64,000 nt of DNA from contig NC_086107.1 of NCBI RefSeq assembly GCF_963921235.1, positions 110,052,001 to 110,116,000 of the forward strand, read 5' to 3'. A model generated the notes under the pieces. That model did no database searches. It saw only the letters and a list, made by a program, of their open reading frames with translations, and was not told where the DNA came from. A program made the translations under genes and the position numbers. Numbering within the stretch: the first letter of the stretch is position 1; every line of letters begins with the position of its first letter. Of this stretch, positions 60,488-64,000 are shown piece by piece. The DNA is from Mobula hypostoma (lineage: Eukaryota).

Positions 60488-61159
60488 CGGCCCAGCGAGT
60501 TGGAACTGACTATCAGCCTCTAGTTTATTTTAATTTGACAATAATCCTACTTCTTACTCTCTTTAACTCCCTCCGGAGATTGTATCATGTATGCTCCGGG
60601 GCGATTTACAGTTACCAAATCATCTGAGCACAAGTCTTCAGGATGTAGGAGGAGGAAGAACATGTTAGCTCTTCGTGTTCAGCTCGAGAGGCCGGGCTGG
60701 AAGTCGGGTCATTGGAGCTACGAGACAATAACTCTCTACCAGTTGTGACGAGGTGGCTGTGCGCCGCCGGTCTGAATCTGCCTGATGAACCCCAGCTGTG
60801 GTTCCCTCGGTAACAAGTAGGTCCTTTCCCTCAGGTTAAAAAAAGAATCTCATCTAAAAGACCCGGTGCTGCACAGAAACGTCAGCCTAAGACGTTAATG
60901 TCCCAGAAAGAGGGATTATATGCAGGTGTTCTTGCTCAGAACAAAAAGTACTACAGCCACAGCCCTGAGCCGCAGCTGACTGAAGGAAAAGTAGAATGAA
61001 GAAGTACCAGAAAAGTAGATTCAGGAATCACGAACAAATATAGTAAATTTGCAGTAAATCTAAAATTTCTTCGGCGCTCTTCCACTTCCTGTTCCGTGGT
61101 TGACTGAGTCAATATGTCGGGAAAGCATAAGAATGTTCTGTTCTAGGGACTTCCCAGAA

Positions 61160-61950
61160 TATTCTAAGAAATAAAACACTCTAGGGTATACAAGGATATA
61201 ATGCTGAGACTTTATAAGGCGTTGGTCAGACCACACTTGGAGTATTGCAAGCAGTTTTGGGCGCCATTTCTAAGAAAGGATGTGCTAGCATTGGAGAGGG
61301 TCCGGAGGAGGTTCATAACAATAATCTGGTAATGAAAGGGTTAATGTACGAGGCTGTTTGATGGCTCCGTGCCTGTACTTGCTGGAATTTAGAAAAATGA
61401 GGGGGGAATCTCATTGAAACCTATCGAATATTGAAAGGGCTAGACAGGGTTGATGTGGAGAGGATGTTTTCTATTGTGGGGAGTCTAGGACCAGAGGGCA
61501 CAGACTCAGAATAAAACAGGGATGAGGAGGGATTTCTTTAGCCAGAGGGAGGTGAATCTGTGGAATTCACTGCCACAGGTGGCTGTAGAGGATATTTAAA
61601 TTGGAATTGATAGTGTTGGGCACGTAGTTAAGGTGTTCGTCTAGTGATCTGAAGGTCACGTGTTTGTGCCCTTGAGCAAGGTGCTTAACCACACATTGCC
61701 CTACTATCTGTGCGAGGAGTGGCGCCCCACACAGACTTCCAATCTGCGCCTTGTAAGGCATGAAAATGCCCAACGCAGGCCTCTCATGGTCTGAGTCGTT
61801 GTTTCCCTCCCTGATAGGGTCTCGATGAGTGTGCACATCGAAGGCTATGGGGAGAAGGCAGGAGAATGGGATTGTGGGGAAATGAATCAGCCCTGATGGA
61901 ACGATGCAGCAGATCTGATTGGCCGAATGGTCTAATTCTGCTGATGGTCT
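61160..61950 (+). mobile_element. Degraded CR1 3' fragment with a nested SINE remnant (about 61615-61810)
   Basis: CR1 RT nucleotide motifs; nested AAGGTGTTCGTCTAGTGATCTGAAGGTC...CCTTGAGCAAGG matches the 6620 SINE family. Confidence 0.6.
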
Positions 61951-62930
61951 TTCTGAAATGCAGTCAGAGGCAACTGCGTTTCCACGTAAACCCGGCTCTC
62001 CACATTGTTGCGTTAAATTCTGACAAGTTGTGGCTGCTGTTATGCGATGGGTAGGTCACGTCACGCGAATGCTCACGAAACAGATGCTGTCCTCCCAGTC
62101 AAAGGATGGTCAATGACCCATTGGTGAGCAAAGGAAACGCTTGAAAGATAATATCAAAATTAACCTGTAGAAATTCAACGTGACATCTATGAACTGGGAG
62201 GACCATAGATACCCCTGGAGGAAATCTGCTCAAGAGGGAGCTGTGGTACATGTGGGCAACCTCTCACGAGTGAGACTGAACACCCAAAAGAGCCATCCAC
62301 AAACCACAGCCACCACCTACTCTTGCCCACACTGCACAAGAACACGTGGATCCCCAGATCAACCTCTGCAGCCACACAAAGACCTGCCAATAGGCAACTC
62401 CTTAGAACATCACACTCGACTCAAGTGATCGCACTACCCTATCTATATAGCTTATCGGTTAATAAAGTTTTAAACCATCAAATCTTCCTGTGCCAGTGTG
62501 AACCTGTTCACCTCTTTCAGTGGAGTAGCATGCAGCTTGATACCTGTTACCTCCCCGGGATGATTTAAGTCATTGGAGACATTATATAAAATAGATATTA
62601 TTATCCTCCAAAAACATAGATGCTCTCTATTAGTGTTCTCTGAACGATAATATGTTTGGAGCAACAGGAAATTATTTTAAGATCGGCTTTGTAAACATCA
62701 TGTGCAGTAACTTCTCAAAGTCCAACCCTACACCCCTGTTACAAGAGGTGGAAATGGGTATGGCCGGCCAACAGGGCTCTGGTGAAGCTGTATAGGAAAA
62801 TCCCCTGTGCAGTAGAGGCAATGGATTGCAAAAGCATTGATGAACTCCAACCATAACATCAACTTCGGAGGACAATGGAGATGGGAGGTCATCGATGGCT
62901 TATGCTCCACTGGGAGCTAGGGGCCCACTT

Positions 62931-63838
62931 ATACTAAGATAGGTGGCGTTGTGGATAATGAAGTAGGTTTTCAAAGCTTGCAGAGTGACTTAGGCCAGTT
63001 AGAAGAGTGGGCTGAAAGATGGCAGATGGAGTTTAATGCTGATAAATGTGAGGTGCTACATTTTGGTAGGACTAATCAAAATAGGACATACATGGTAAAT
63101 GGTAAGGCATTGAAGAATGCAGTAGAACAGAGGGATCTAGGAATAACGGTGCATAGTTCCCTGAAGGTGGAATCTCATCTGGATAGGGTGGTGAAGAAAG
63201 CTTTTGGTATGCTGGCCTTTATAAATCAGAGCATTGAGTATAGGAGTTGGGATGTAATGTTGCAATTGTATAAGGGATTGGTAAGGCCAAATTTGGAGTA
63301 TTGTGTACAGGTCTGGTCACTGAATTATAGGAAAGATGTCAACAAAATTGAGAGAGTACAGAGAAGATTTACTAGACTGTTACCTGGGTTTCATCTCCTA
63401 AGTTACAGAGAAAGGTTGAGCAAGTTGGGTCTTTATTCTTTGGAGCGTAGAAGGTTGAGGGGGGACTTGATAGAGGTATTTAAAATTATGAGGGAGATAG
63501 ATAGAGTTGACGTGGATAGGCTTTTTCCGTTGAGAGTGGGGGAGATTCAAACAGGAGGACATGAGTTGAGAGTTAAAGGGCAAAAGTTTAGGGGTAACAT
63601 GAGGGGGAACTTCTTTACTCAGAGAGTGGTAGCTGTGTGGAACGAGCTTCCAGCAGAAGTGGTTGAGGCAGGTTCGATGTTGTCATTTAAAGTTAAATTG
63701 GATAGATATATGGACAGGAAAGGAATGGAGGGTTATGGGCTGAGTGCAGGTCGGTGGGACTAGGTGAGAGTAAGAGTTCGGCACCAACTAGAAGGGCCGA
63801 AATGGCCTGTTTCCGTGCTGTAATTGTTATATGGTTAT
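62931..63838 (+). mobile_element. CR1 LINE 3' end, same young subfamily as 26319-28527
   Basis: Open 270-aa RT C-terminus (LQSDLGQLEEWAERWQMEFN...NFFTQRVVAVWNELP), nearly identical to 27612-28527. Confidence 0.9.
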
Positions 63839-64000
63839 TAAAAATTTGTAAATGTCATGTTCACTGTGCTGGCTGCACAGTCTGGCACTGAACCAACGCC
63901 AGGAAACTTGGCTCCACCTTGATCACAACTTTAGTCAAGATAGCCTATCTATATTTACAGTCTGTCCTACCTCACCTTGCGCTGCAGCAATAGGGAAATA

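Noticed and set aside
40600..64000. MIEF1 or another gene expected upstream of ATF4 from human synteny
   Set aside because: No ORF or exon with recognisable similarity was found in this interval.

Overview
Eukaryotic, repeat-dense vertebrate DNA, most likely a shark or ray (inferred from HE1-type SINEs and the CR1/Rex/Penelope mix). Three host genes can be read directly: (1) the last coding exon of a 3-mercaptopyruvate sulfurtransferase (MPST-like, +, 2-199); (2) a complete 4-exon RPS19BP1/AROS gene (+; 13313-13367, 16823-16978, 25166-25263, 29275-29409; 147 aa) that the ORF track misses; (3) a complete ATF4 gene (-; CDS 39014-38792 + 38534-37744; 337 aa) with TATA/Inr/CRE/CCAAT promoter, both classical uORFs, and an extra strong-context uORF. 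The rest is largely retrotransposon: CR1 LINEs (one with near-intact ORF2), Rex1/Babar-type, RTE and L2/Crack-type LINE ends, several SINE families, a solo LTR, and many Penelope-like (GIY-YIG) fragments. The most striking non-genic signal is that the Penelope terminal repeats carry a minimal type-I hammerhead ribozyme (about 8 copies with an intact core, many degenerate). These inserted with 10-16 bp target-site duplications and a recurrent inverted-terminus architecture. One copy is sense in the MPST 3' UTR, one is sense in RPS19BP1 intron 1, and a triple-ribozyme palindrome lies about 1.5 kb upstream of ATF4. Repeat boundaries without a TSD are approximate. No database searches were run.
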